Below the pieces are notes generated by a model. That model had not been told where the DNA came from. It did no database searches and worked only from the letters and a program-made list of their open reading frames with translations. A program made the translations under genes and the position numbers. Shown piece by piece: positions 36,699 through 49,749 of a stretch of DNA of 64,000 nt (position 1 is the first letter of the stretch; the number at the start of each line of letters is the position of its first letter). Source of the DNA: Octopus bimaculoides (lineage: Eukaryota); NCBI RefSeq assembly GCF_001194135.2, contig NC_068990.1, forward strand, positions 33,262,149 through 33,326,148, given 5' to 3'.

Positions 36699-38488
36699 AA
36701 TATTACAATAACCAATAATATGCTGTGCATGCATAGCAATATTGCAATCATGAAATTAACATTAGCTTATCTCACGCTTTCTTGCAGAACCCCTAGGAAA
36801 CTTTTGTGGAACCCTAGGATTCCAGTGAGCTCCTGGTTGAGAAACGCTGGGTTAGAGTGTTCAGTTCATGATTGTAAGGTCATGAGTTCGATTCCTGGCA
36901 ATACATTGTGTCCTTGAGCAAGACACTTTATTTCATAATGCCCCAGTCCACTGAACTGACAAAAAATAGTGGTACCTGTATTTCAAAGGGTCAGACATGT
37001 CAGTTTCCGTGTCATGCTGAATATCCCTGAGAATTATGTTAGTGAAATATGTCTGTAAAGTGCTCAGCTACGTGCATGTCAATTTCATGAGCAGGCTGTT
37101 CCATTGATCAGATCAACTGGAATCTTTGTTGTCATAATTGATGGGATGCCAGTTATTTATAAGCTTTCTGTAGTAGTCCTTTCATAGTAATTCATGAGTG
37201 TATGAGAGAGAGAGAGAGAGAGAAAGAGAGAGGCAGAGAAAGAAAGAGGGAGAGAGAACGAGAGGGAGAGCAAAAGAGAAAACTAGAAAACAAAGGCGAG
37301 GAAAACATGAACAGAAGTGACAAAAGCTGATCTCAGGATGATGAACCTTACAAAAACGACTGTTGTAATTGTGTATAGATAAAATAGATTATGTCTTCAT
37401 ACCTAAAGGGCCTCCCTCTTAAAGTCAAATGTGTCAATGTATCCTTCAACAATACTTAAGTCTGCTATGTGAGGCTACCAGAAATACATTCAAAGGATAT
37501 CTGCACCAAACACAATACAGTGGCCTTCTAGATGTTTACCTTAGTGATGCAAGAAATATTGAGAAAAATTTTTTTTTTGTTTTTGTGAGAGTTATTTACT
37601 GTCACTGATTTGGTAATATGTATACATATCACATATACATCTATCTATATACATATATATGCATATATATATATATATNNNNNNNNNNNNNNNNNNNNNN
37701 NNNNNNNNNNNNNNNNNNNNNNNNNNNNNNNNNNNNNNNNNNNNNNNNNNNNNNNNNNNNNNNNNNNNNNNNNNNNNNNNNNNNNNNNNNNNNNNNNNNN
37801 NNNNNNNNNNNNNNNNNNNNNNNNNNNNNNNNNNNNNNNNNNNNNNNNNNNNNNNNNNNNNNNNNNNNNNNNNNNNNNNNNNNNNNNNNNNNNNNNNNNN
37901 NNNNNNNNNNNNNNNNNNNNNNNNNNNNNNNNNNNNNNNNNNNNNNNNNNNNNNNNNNNNNNNNNNNNNNNNNNNNNNNNNNNNNNNNNNNNNNNNNNNN
38001 NNNNNNNNNNNNNNNNNNNNNNNNNNNNNNNNNNNNNNNNNNNNNNNNNNNNNNNNNNNNNNNNNNNNNNNNNNNNNNNNNNNNNNNNNNNNNNNNNNNN
38101 NNNNNNNNNNNNNNNNNNNNNNNNNNNNNNNNNNNNNNNNNNNNNNNNNNNNNNNNNNNNNNNNNNNNNNNNNNNNNNNNNNNNNNNNNNNNNNNNNNNN
38201 NNNNNNNNNNNNNNNNNNNNNNNNNNNNNNNNNNNNNNNNNNNNNNNNNNNNNNNNNNNNNNNNNNNNNNNNNNNNNNNNNNNNNNNNNNNNNNNNNNNN
38301 NNNNNNNNNNNNNNNNNNNNNNNNNNNNNNNNNNNNNNNNNNNNNNNNNNNNNNNNNNNNNNNNNNNNNNNNNNNNNNNNNNNNNNNNNNNNNNNNNNNN
38401 NNNNNNNNNNNNNNNNNNNNNNNNNNNNNNNNNNNNNNNNNNNNNNNNNNNNNNNNNNNNNNNNNNNNNNNNNNNNNNNNNNNNNNNN

Positions 38489-38533
<45 letters not shown>

Positions 38534-38715
38534 TCATCATCATCATCATCATCGTTTAACGTCTGCTTTCCATGCTAGCATGGGTTATATATATATATAT
38601 ATATATACATGCATATATATACATACATCTATACATATACATGTATATTATACGTCTATACATATACATATGTGCAGATGTATACATACACACACACACA
38701 TATATATATATATAT

Positions 38716-39097
38716 GGAGGTACAATGGCCCAGTGGTTAGGGCAGTGGACCCACGCTCATAGGATTGCGGTTTCGATTCCCAGACCGGGTGCTGCGTGTG
38801 TTTATTGAGCGAAAACACCTAAAGCTCCATGAGGCTCCGGCAGGAGGTGGAGGTGAACCCTGCTGTACTCTTTCATCTCAACTTTTTCCTCTCACTCTTT
38901 CTTCCTGTTTCTGTTGTACCTGTATTTCGAAGGGCCAGCCTTGTCACACTCCGTGTCATGCTGAATCTCCCTGAGAACTTTGTTAACTGTACACATGTCT
39001 GTGGAGTGCTCAGACACTTGCACGTTAATTTCATGAGTAGGCTGTTCTGTTGATGAGTTCAACTGGAACGCTTGTCATCATAACCGATGGATTGCCA
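38716..39097 (+). mobile_element. SINE family B, full length
   Basis: GGAGGTACAATGGCCCAGTGGTTAGGGCAG...GGTTTCGATTCCCAGACCGGG...GCACGTTAATTTCATGAGTAGGCTGTTC. Confidence 0.9.
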
Positions 39098-39299
39098 TGA
39101 TATATATATATGTATATGTATGTATGCATGTATATATGTGAGATAATAGTTTCTCTTTAATAGTTTCAGCATTAATATTGAAACTATTAAACTGAAAGTA
39201 TCTCACATTACAATAGAGAGATGTTATTGTTCACTTTAGACACGTGATACTGAAATAGTGTAAGAGATAAGAGATTGCTCTGGGCTCACGTTAGGCAAG

Positions 39300-39472
39300 A
39301 AGTTGAAAATCTTTTTGGCTCATGACACTACATAGACACTAAGTAAGGCATGTGTAAAATTTGAATGAAATTGGTTGTGTAGTTGTCAAGTTTTAGGGAT
39401 TCAGACAGACAGACACACACACAGAGACAGACACCCACACAGACACACATTCTCGTCTTTATTTTTTTAGAT
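39300..39472 (+). mobile_element. Non-autonomous Helitron/DINE-like 3' end
   Basis: AAATTTGAATGAAATTGGTTGTGTAG...(CAGA/CA)n...ATTCTCGTCTTTATTTTTTTAGAT, an architecture typical of such elements. Confidence 0.45.
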
Positions 39473-40020
39473 GAAAATAGTAGCGATGAAGAGAATGGAT
39501 TATAGCAGTTTCTGAGTGGTGTGTGTGTGTGTGAAGACATGAAAGCAGAAAGCTACAAACAGTTTCGACTTTAATGATATCTGAAGAAAGAAAGAAAAAA
39601 AATGAATAAAACAAACAAAAAAGAAAAATCCCAACTAAAACAAATGAATCAACAAGTTAAAGTATGAAGATATTGGAATATTGGGAAAGAAACCAATAGG
39701 GATCAAAATTAATTATTTAATACTCTTAGAACAGTTAGCAGAAGATCCAAACTCTCAAGGGGCATTTATTCAATTGACCATGTAATGAATAATATCACTG
39801 TTAGATACAAGGTTGAAGAGGAATGGAAATTGTATGGAGAATATACCATTGATAAGGCAGAAGATAGCTGAAATGATATGACCAAAGAAATAAGGGGTAT
39901 TTTCCAGTGAATCAAATTAATGCTTCATTGTAATCAATGTATTAGTAGAAGCCAATTAAAGAGAACAGTCAGTATCTGTAATCAATATTGATAACCTAAT
40001 TCTGTTAACCTTCTTTCAAG

Positions 40021-40077
40021 TTCACGATGTGCAGCGAACCAATGACTTCAAAGTTTATGTTGATTGGATTGAAAGAG
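40021..40077 (+). CDS. Internal coding exon of an unidentified gene
   Basis: Branch-like CCTAAT, tract TCTGTTAACCTTCTTTCAAG|, donor GAG|GTAAGA. 57 nt. Phase 1-1 gives xHDVQRTNDFKVYVDWIERx; phase 0-0 (FTMCSEPMTSKFMLIGLKE) is also open. Lies in unique sequence. Confidence 0.65.
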
Positions 40078-40869
40078 GTAAGAAAACCTTTCGATAAAGT
40101 ATTAAGTTTATTGGTGCATCTGCCTTGTGAAATATTTGAGAAGTTTGATAGATAACAACCTGTAGGATTTATAGTGTTGATCACAGTGGCTGGCGTGTGT
40201 GAGGGTGGGAGTGCAAGGTAATTAAAGTGACCAGAGATATTTGATCAAAGTCCAGGGCTGATAACTAGTTTCTGTAGTTCATACAGCTTTTTTTATTAGT
40301 TATTCTGAAAAGTGGATTAAATGTTCATAACTGTTAAAGATCTATCTAGATTAAGAGCTACAGAAAAATGGCCGATTTAAGTGTAGTTAATGGTCATTTT
40401 GAAGTTCTAATTTACAATTTCTTAGTAACTAATATTAAGAAGAAGATCTTAAATGTGGTACAACCTCCAAGACTGGTGTTGTTGACACGGTTTATGTTTA
40501 GATTCAGTTTCTGGAGTTCAATGTCTTGGCTGGCAAATGTGGATAAAAATGAAACTTGAGAAAAAGCATATCATGTGTGCAGTGTATATACAGATATAAA
40601 ATGCAGTGCGTATACAGATATAAAATGCATGTGTGTGCATATATACACACACACATGCACACATACATGGATGCATACATACATATATATATACACACAG
40701 ATGCACATGCATATATGTATATATATATATATATATNNNNNNNNNNNNNNNNNNNNNNNNNNNNNNNNNNNNNNNNNNNNNNNNNNNNNNNNNNNNNNNN
40801 NNNNNNNNNNNNATATATATAACTGATGATTTTGATAGGTTTCAGCCAGTATAGGCTCAGGCCATGTCT

Positions 40870-41330
40870 AACTTAATAGCACCACCTGGTGATGTCTTTT
40901 AGTCATACATGGGGCACCATGGTCCACTCTAGCAAAGAGTTATTATTGTTGGAGACATATCTGGGTGTAGGAGGTTGGTCCAGGATTTTTTGAAGAAGTT
41001 TGTCCAGAGAACTTTTGAATTTTATGGGATCTGTTTTCATTTTGACATATTTTGGTATAATATCAAAGAGAGCTGGACTGGTTGAAGTAAAGTAGTTGTA
41101 TTGTAATGTTGTTTGTGTCTTGAGTTCGATTTTTGTAGTGGGAGGATAGAACATGGGCCAAGTCCTGGGTGGATTTTAAAATTGATGCCCAACATCATTT
41201 GTGCAATATTGATGGAATATTTTCCACACCACACAAATGATATAGCACTTCTGGCGGCATTGAAGGGAGCTAGACTAAGCTTTGAACCAAGGAAATTCAT
41301 CCTAAAGTGCTTCTGGGACAGTTTAGGAGG
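40870..41330 (-). mobile_element. CR1/Jockey-group LINE 3' remnant
   Basis: ORF 40903-41154: YFTSTSPALFDIIPKYVKMKTDPIKFKSSLDKLLQKILDQPPTPRYVSNNNNSLLEW, a typical non-LTR ORF2 C-terminus. Confidence 0.7.
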
Positions 41331-41377
41331 GAGTTTTAAACAAATTCATTTAAGTGACTTACTGCCACTCAAATTAG

Positions 41378-42338
41378 AGAAAAGTTTGAAGTAGAAGAAA
41401 CTGTTCAAAATGTCTACAAGAAACATTACAAAAGGCAGTGGATATTAATGCACCCCATAAAGCATGAACGTGTATTAGAAGCATATTGCCAGAGATCAAG
41501 AAAATCTGTGCAACAAGTGAGTTGTGAAACAGGAATTTGTAAATCAAGTGTTCATCACATTTTGAAGCATTACTATTTGAAAAGTTACAATCCAAGTATA
41601 GTTCATGTTTACACTGAAGATGATATGGACTGAAAAGTGGAGTTTTATAAGTGGTACTTGGCAAGATGTGTAGAACATGTGCACTTTCCAGCACAGACAT
41701 GAGAATCAGCATACTATGGAGGAACATCATGTTAATTTATCATGTGTTATTGTATGGTGCAGCTTATTATGAGAAGTATTAATTGGATTATTCTGTTATG
41801 ACAGCACTGTGACTTGTTAATTTTAACTGAACTTCCTGCAACAATCTGTCATGCCAAGCATTCAAGAAGACTTGATGAAGTTTTATTTTCAGCAAGAAAG
41901 GAACCACTACACTACCAACAAAATGTAGTAACCTACACTGATGAACTTTTGCCGAACTGGGCAAATGGACAAAGTGATTCAGTAAGATAACTTCCATGTT
42001 CATCAGACCTTACACCACTAGAAACTTTTCTTTATGCAAATACTTAAAAGATAAATTTTAAGGTACTAAACTGGTGATGATTAATGAACTGAGAGCAGCT
42101 ATTGTACAAAAATATGCCCAAATAGCTAATTAAATTTTTCTGATATTTACAGTTCCATTGCTTCATATCATTAGCTGTGCCTGGACCAGAACAGTCATCA
42201 GGTTGAAAATAGGTGTTCATACAAAAATTAAATTATGTCTGTTGGATTCTTTTATATTTTGAAAATGTAATGTATTTTAATAAACCCTGACTTTATAATC
42301 ATTCAATGTGTGTATACATATTTTTAGGCTACTCTGTG
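41378..42338 (+). mobile_element. Tc1/mariner (DD37D/maT-like) transposase remnant with 3' TIR
   Basis: SRKSVQQVSCETGICKSSVHHILK...EDDMD*KVEFY; FYFQQ (~41879); SDLTPL and YLKDK (~42005-42055). TIR-like TGTGTATACATATTTTTTAGGCTACTCTGT at about 42310-42338. Deleted and frameshifted. Confidence 0.8.
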
Positions 42339-42734
42339 TGTGTGTACAAAGATGCATGTTTATCATGTCTATATATATATTCCATGCATATATAACAGAT
42401 ATGTATACTGTACATTTGAGTGAATTGAATAAGAACCTTACCTATACATACAAGCTGTATACTCAATAATAGCTTATTTAGTCACTGAATGTTCATACGT
42501 AAATTACAAACAATTGTAAACAACTTTGAAAGTTTAATGATAATGTCAGATTGCATTGAATTTCCAAAATATTCATTTTAAATTCTAATCTGATTGAAGT
42601 TGAATTACAATTCTATATCTTATATTTACTCTCTTACACCCATTTAAACATTTAAACCTATTTGCTTGGGTGAAATAGTCTTTCCTTGATAAGAACAATT
42701 AATATTTTATAACTGGATACATATCTTATCATTA

Positions 42735-42937
42735 TTTACTATCAAAGAGGTAGGAGTAGAGCCAGATTTACTCGTTGGTTTTGTAAGTTGGAGCTAACTG
42801 AGAGATATCAGGTTCACTTTTAGTATTCTCCTTGGTGAGAGCAGCTCAGTTTATTTCAGATATTCTCAATTTAAAAATCACCTTTGGCTAATCGGTGTTG
42901 CCTTGGTGGAGGTTTATGCTCTCTGAGTACTCTTGTT
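42735..42937 (+). mobile_element. Decayed HINE-like element
   Basis: 3' end CCTTGGTGGAGGTTTATGCTCTCTGAGTACTCTTGTT resembles 25682-25720. Confidence 0.4.
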
Positions 42938-44060
42938 ACTGATAATGAGGTAGGCTCATGGGAAACATTGTCACTGTTCTTAATTCCCTAAATTTAAGCA
43001 GATACCATAGTATAGTATATGCTGCTATTTTGTTTATTCTCATGTCAGCATTAGAAGATCTGTGATAAAATATTTTCCTGCCATGGCCATTCTATTTTTC
43101 ATTCAGTGATAGCATACCTTGGATTGCATAATCCAATATATACCTTCTATTTTTTTTCTGTGAAAACTAGTTGAGGATGATTTCAATGAGATTTAATTGC
43201 CATTTTTAGCAAGGCAAGCAATCAGAATAATATGTGCCTTGATAATGAAATTATTTATGACACCTTAATTAGAACATTTCAATAAGTTCTAATTATGCTC
43301 CTTTATTCTGCAACCAACAGATCTATGTGAATTTGTGCATGTACTTGTGTACGTATGTATGTATGTGCCTGTGAATGTGTGTGTATGTGTGTGTGTGTGT
43401 GTATGAATTTTCTGCTGGATAAGTTTGATATACATATCTGCTTAGAAAGAGTTAACAAAAAACTACTTGACAACAACACCAATAATAACCACCACCACCA
43501 TCACCATTACTACTACAACAACAAAGTGTCATTTCCTTGACTTGTTTGTTTCTTCAAAATATTATTCACAATATAATTACATTTTCTCCTCTCAGCTTCA
43601 TCTCTTAAACCTACTTTACAATTAAATGTGACATCAATAAAATTTTCTGACAAATAATACATTTTTCTGCTAATTCATCAAATATTTGCCGAGTAATTTA
43701 GAATATTATTTCTTGTAGTTAGCTTTGTGTTTCTACTTTTAATATCTACACTGTTTGCGGTTTTTTTCTTATTTCTTTTGTGTCTTTCTTTATTACTTCT
43801 TGCAAATCATTAATTTACTTTCTTGGGAAGAAATAGAAAAATAAAACACTTCTTATTAACAAGCCTCAAGAGTTTGGGTTCTATAAATATCTACCAAAAA
43901 CACACATACATCTTATATATATATATATGTACATTAGTATTATTGTTATCATGTATATGTGTATATGTAAATAATATTAATATTATATATACATTCATAT
44001 ATACAAATAATGATATCTTATATTTTATTATCATTATATATANNNNNNNNNNNNNNNNNN

Positions 44061-44097
<37 letters not shown>

Positions 44098-44129
44098 CAT
44101 ATATATGTATACATACATATATATGTATA

Positions 44130-44161
<32 letters not shown>

Positions 44162-46014
44162 CATATATATGTAAAATAATAATAATATCATATAAATCAG
44201 TAGATATTTATGTGTGTGTGTTTGTGTGTTTATGTTTTTACCCTTCAAATTCTAAAGAATTTGTTTTGAAAACCATACTGAATGGTTCAGCTTTATCATT
44301 GATATATTGTTGTTGTTGTGTTTGTGTGATTCTAACTACATTTTTATGTCTATATTTTTGGCTGATGTCTTTGTCTCTTGTAGATATATTTGTTTGATAT
44401 ACATAATGGGGTTTGCTATAGAAAACATTTTTTTCATGATATGAATTATTAAAAGGACAAAAAGGAAAGTGATAATTGCAATGGCACTAGAAATACCATC
44501 AATGTCAAATGAACCACTTTAGAAATGAACAAGAGGTCTAACTGTAGAAATGTTTCAAGCAAAATAGAAGCAGTGCACTTTCTAAAACTATCTCAAGAAG
44601 AATCTTCCTGAAATTTCCACTCCATAATATTGATTTAATCACAATATATCGAGGTTACACTGAAAAGTTTATAGCAGATTTCTTTCTCTTTTTTTTTTTT
44701 TTTTTGTCATATTTATAGAATGATATTGAGCCTATGTTGGGAAGTAGAGATGGACTGAAAAGATAATATGGAGTAAGAGTTGCAATCATGACCCAGATTT
44801 ATAAGAATTCAGTTCAGCATCTTAACAAAATATCATTGATTCAGTGTTCTCACCTCTTATTGCTGTCTCTAACCTATGGTGCCTAGATAGTAGGAATTTG
44901 AAGCGTGGGCATGGTACAATTAATCCTTTCAACACTATATTGACCAATACATCTGAATCAGTAATATACTGCACTCATGAAATATCTCTGCATCAACAGT
45001 AGACACAAACACTTGTAACGTGTGTTCATGTCTGATACATTTGTCTTACTGTGCCTACTCACAAAAGACTTTTGTGTTTGTTTGTGATGCAACTGTTTCA
45101 CAGTCTCTATGTACCAAACATGTTTAAGTTCTCCTCTGATATAAATGTTTCATCGTCTCTACACAACTAACGCTGTATGTTACTTTTTGATACAACTATT
45201 TCACTGTTTCTACACACCAAACATTCATATATTAATATCTAATACACTTGTTTCACTATGTCTTCCAATCAAATACTAATGTGTTTGTCACTATCACATT
45301 TAGTTCATCAGTGATCTGTGAATATTGCTGTAGGCAAATTAGTATAAGATCTTATATGGTTATTACTTTTCATTGATTAACATTCTCTACTGAAATGATA
45401 TTTAACTCTTTTCTGTATAATACGAAAGTCACAGATCACAGGCAAGTGTTTTACAATATACTATGTTAGTGACTAACTTCATCTCAATCAGTTGGGTTGC
45501 TTTTCTTTGGACACAGTCAAAAATGTTTCTATGTAAAGCAATATCATTATCTCTGATATAGAAACACTACTCTATTGTGGACTTCATCTGAAATTTGTAG
45601 AGAGTCAGTGGTTGCTAGTGAGGGAAAGTTGAACTATTTTCTGCTCCTGAACAGAAAAGGTACATTTTGTGAGGTAATTTTCCAGATGAAACAATGCCTT
45701 TATTATAAATTAATGATTTTTTTTAACAATAAGAAATCACAAAATCAAAGAAACAAATTGTCAGTTATTTGATACTAAAGCATTTGTAGTAACAAACTGA
45801 TGTCACATACATTAGCGCACTGGTGCCTTTTATAATGATGCATTGGTGCCATTTCTACTGAGAAAGTTATGCCAGTTATGGTTAAACAATGGTACAATTT
45901 ATAACAATGCATTGTACTGTTTACAGCAATACACTAGTACCACTTATTGTGACACACTACAAGTATCATATATAGTCACACACATGCATGTATGTGTTAT
46001 TTCCAGTCACACAC

Positions 46015-46335
46015 ATAACTAACTGGCACTCCGTCGGTTATGACGACAAGTGTTCCAGTTGAACTCATCAACAGAACAGCCTGCTCATGAAATTTTCATA
46101 TAAGTGGCTGTGTACTGCAGACATGTGTACCCTTAACATAGTTCTCAGGGAGATTCAGCATGACACAAAGTGTGACAAGGCTGGCCCTTTGAAATACATT
46201 TTTGCCAGCTGAGTGGACTGGAGCAATGTGAAAATAAAGTGTCTTGCTCAAGAACACAATGTACCACTGGAAATTGAACTCACAACCTTACAATTGTGGA
46301 CCAAATACTCTTACTACTTAGCCAAGCTCCTTCAC
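46015..46335 (-). mobile_element. SINE family B2
   Basis: TGGCACTCCGTCGGTTATGACGAC...GAACAGCCTGCTCATGAAATT...AAAGTGTCTTGCTCAAG...TTGAACTCACAACC. Confidence 0.85.
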
Positions 46336-46817
46336 GCACACATATGTTATTCTGATCACATATGTGCCATTTATAGTGACAAACTTTCACATTCTCTATC
46401 CACACATTTGTGCCATATAAAGTCATACATACATGCCATTTCTAATCACGCTATGTGCTATCAATTAATGCTTAAGATTTAGTCTTATAAAGAGAGAAGT
46501 TAATAGTGCATACATTCTCTGTATGTGTGTGTAGTAAAAGATAGTTTAAGAAGGGTGGAATAGTGATGCTAGTGTTTTAATGGCTGTTAAAGTAGTAGGT
46601 ATAATATAAACTGCACAGTTTGGTCAATAAATGTTCAATAAACAAATTGAAAACATCATGTGTTAGTGCCAGTCTGATATTTCCCAGATGTTATCCAGAC
46701 ATATTATTCTGACCTCAGTAAATGTTAATTTGAATGAATTGTTAGATTCAACAAATATACATTGGCCACAAACTGATGCCCTTTCTGGCCTCAAGAGAAT
46801 ATCTTTACTTGTTTTAT

Positions 46818-46861
<44 letters not shown>

Positions 46862-47641
46862 CATACATACATATATATATATATATATNNNNNNNNNNNN
46901 NNNNNNNNNNNNNNNNNNNNNNNNNNNNNNNNNNNNNNNNNNNNNNNNNNNNNNNNNNNNNNNNNNNNNNNNNNNNNATTTGTTTTAAATGGTTCACCCA
47001 AATTAATGGGTCTCAAAGGGTTATCATGTTTAAAAAGTAGAGGTAAAGATTAACTAACATATATGGTTATTCCATACTTAATGGACAGTCATACACATTT
47101 TCTAATACACGCACACACAGACGTATGCATACACACACACATGCATTCACGCACGCACACACACATATACACATACATGTGTGTATGTGTGCAAAGGTAA
47201 GTAGGAGACAGAGTGAGAGAGAGAACAAAGGAAATCATGAGAGAGAAAGAGAGAAAATGAAGGAAAGTAAGAAACAGAGGGAGAGAAAAAGAGTGAAGGA
47301 AAGTAGGTGTGAGATGTAGACAGAGCCATAGCAACAAAGAAACACTCTTGGAAGGATTGGCAGAAAAATATTCCAGATGGCTGGAAGAAAATCTAGGCAA
47401 CAGGCCTATCAAGCAAGGGGAGAATCAGAAAGGAAGAGGTTTGCCAATTTCTATGGCATGAGGTGTTATGGATTACAGGCTAGTGTATCATAGAAAATGA
47501 TGATATTGTAAAAGAGAAGTGTATACAGGTGGATTATGGTATAGTAGCATTTAATGATCCTAAAGAGAAAGAGGCAGGGAAGTGCTACTATGAAAGGTTA
47601 CTAAATGTGGAGAATGTATGGGAGAAAGAGAGTTTTCTTAA

Positions 47642-47795
47642 TAAGGAATAAAAAGTTTAGAATGGTACAACAATGCACTTTAATACAAAAAATGGACTAT
47701 ATACTTGTTGTAATTTGGTTATCTATAGTCCGATGATATTTCGGAATTACAATTCCTTAGTGCATTGTTGTACCATTCTAAACATTTTATTCTTT
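47642..47795. mobile_element. ~150-bp MITE-like fold-back inserted in the RTE
   Basis: Perfect 24-bp IR TTTAGAATGGTACAACAATGCACT (47656) / AGTGCATTGTTGTACCATTCTAAA (47759), extendable outward to about 38 bp with a few mismatches. Confidence 0.75.
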
Positions 47796-48649
47796 ACAAA
47801 CAATACACAATGCTTCAAGTGAACTACAATACTCTCCTAGTTTTCTTAATGTTTTCTTAATATGGACCCAACTGAAAAACCAGCTATCCTAGTTAACAGA
47901 AGTATGACAGATAAAACAATTAAGGATATGAAAGCAGGGAAAGCACCCCTGGTCCATCAGGAATCATCCCTAAGATATTTAAAATATCTAGCAGAGTGAG
48001 ATAGGGTTTTAGCACATGTATAGTTAATTAGGTTGTATGAGCGGGTATTAGACCCAACAAATAGTATAGTAGCATTATAATCAACTGATTCAAGAGTAAA
48101 AGAGATGCCTTAGAGAAAAGTTAATTACAGAGGTAGCATACTGATGGATCAGGTCATGAAAGTTACAGAAAGGGGCATAGCTCAACTAATTAAAAAGAGA
48201 ATTAGCCTATATGAGAGGCCGTTTGGCTTTGTATGAGGGAAAAGCACTGCTGATTCTCTCTCTCTCTTGTAAGGTAAGTGCAGGAGAATTATATAACTCG
48301 AAGTAAACAGCTGTACTTGGCATTTGTGAAAATGGAAAAATCTTTAGACAGGTTCCCTCCTCCTTTGTCTAATAGTCACTGTAGAAGTTAGGGGTATGAG
48401 AACGGCTGGTGAGAGCCCTCCAGGCTTTGCATAGGGGTGATGTATAAGATGATGCTTAGCAATGAGTACAACAACAACTTTAGTATGCAGGTAAGAGTTC
48501 AGCAAAGTTCAGTAGTCACCTCATATTTATCATGGCCTTCCTAGTAATAATGGAGGAGTTTAAGACTAACTGCCCATGGGAGCTTCATAAGCTAGTGACC
48601 TTGTTCTTATAGCTGAATCTATAGTAGAATTAGAAAAGAAATTTCAGAT

Positions 48650-48810
48650 GGCGTAGGAGTGGCTGTGTGTTAAGTAGCTTGCTTACCAACCACATGGTTC
48701 TGGGTTCAGTCCCACTGCGTGGCACCTTGGGCAAGTGTCTTCTACTATAACCTCGGACCGACAAAAGCCTTGTGAGGGGATTTGGTAGATGGAAACTGAA
48801 AGAAGCCCTT

Positions 48811-48865
<55 letters not shown>

Positions 48866-49098
48866 GTGTGTATATGTTTGTGTGTCTGTGTTTGTCCCCC
48901 CAACATCGCTTGACAACCGATGCTGGTGTGTTTACGTCCCCATAACTGAGCGGTTCGGCAAAAGAGACCAATAGAATAAGTACTAGGCTTACAAAGAATA
49001 AGTCCTGGAGTCGATAAGCTCGACTAAAAGGCGGTGCTCCGGCATGGCCACAGTCAAATGACTGAAACAAGTAAAAAAGTAAAAGAGAGTAAAGAGTA
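48650..49098 (+). mobile_element. SINE family A, young full-length copy inserted into the RTE RT domain
   Basis: GGCGTAGGAGTGGCTGTGTG...CCTTGGGCAAGTGTC...(TA)n...GACTGAAACAAGTAAAAAAGTAAAAGAG. The RTE frame ELEKKFQ resumes after it as KQNQKSKRL..NLAKTKV. Confidence 0.92.
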
Positions 49099-49749
49099 TG
49101 TGAAAGCAAAACCAGAAATCAAAACGACTTAACATAACTTAGCAAAGACCAAAGTTCTAGTTAGCAGGAAAACAGTCAAACCACTAATCCCTTCAAGAAA
49201 AACGGTCCTGTTTTGATTTATATAGAAAAAGAAAGGTATAGGAGGAAAATTCCATGCAGTGTATCAAGTGCAATCTGTGAACTCAGAAGAGGTGTAGTGG
49301 AATCACAGGTAGGTGAACAGAGGAAGTACACTTTGTGTGTGTCAGATGTGCTGGAGCAATACTCAATAAAAGCACAGAAGAAATAGATTTCTTCAAATGC
49401 CCAGGAGGATCCTTAGAAGTAAGAAATAGTTTCTGTTACTTATGTGACCTAATTAACAGAGGAGGAGGATGCTCTGAAAACACAGATGCTAGAATAAGAA
49501 TTCACTGGATAAAGTTCAGAGAGCTATTACTACTGTTGGTTAAAAAAAGACTCTCTCTAAGAGCAAATAGCAGACTTCATGATTCTTGTGAACAGACAGC
49601 AAAGCTACATGGTAGTGAAACATAGTTTGTGAATGCAGAGGAAATATGAAGACTAGATAAAAAAAGAAACTAGAATGCTTCACTGGATGGGCAATGTTAG
49701 CGTACATGTATGACAAAGTGTAGATGCATTGAGAGAAAAACTGGATTTC

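Larger units (their letters stand above)
36275..36849. mobile_element. hAT (Charlie-like) MITE with 8-bp TSD
   Basis: TIRs CAGTATTTCTCAACC / GGTTGAGAAACGCTG. Exact TSD GGTTAGAG at 36267-36274 and 36850-36857. Confidence 0.9.
36250..37155 (+). mobile_element. SINE family B2 split by a hAT MITE
   Basis: Head GTGGCTACGTGGTTAGAG (to 36274) resumes at 36850 as GGTTAGAGTGTTCAG...GAGTTCGATTCC...TTGAGCAAGACAC...GCAGGCTGTTCCATTGATCAGATCAACTGGAA. Confidence 0.8.
47430..49712 (+). mobile_element. Decayed RTE-clade LINE reverse transcriptase, interrupted by a MITE and a SINE
   Basis: MKAGKAP-GPSGII (~47929), NYRG..LMDQVMKVTER (~48123), FGFV.GKSTAD, PWEL..*ASDLVLIAES (decayed YADD, ~48575), NLAKTKVLVS, and ORF 49335 LEVRNSFCYLCDLI...RIRIHWIKFRELL...LHGSET. 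Confidence 0.9.

Noticed and set aside
37610-38762. Long ORFs spanning N runs (also 14530-15074, 15397-16157, 46663-47053, 53784-54608)
   Set aside because: They are open only because N codons are not stops.
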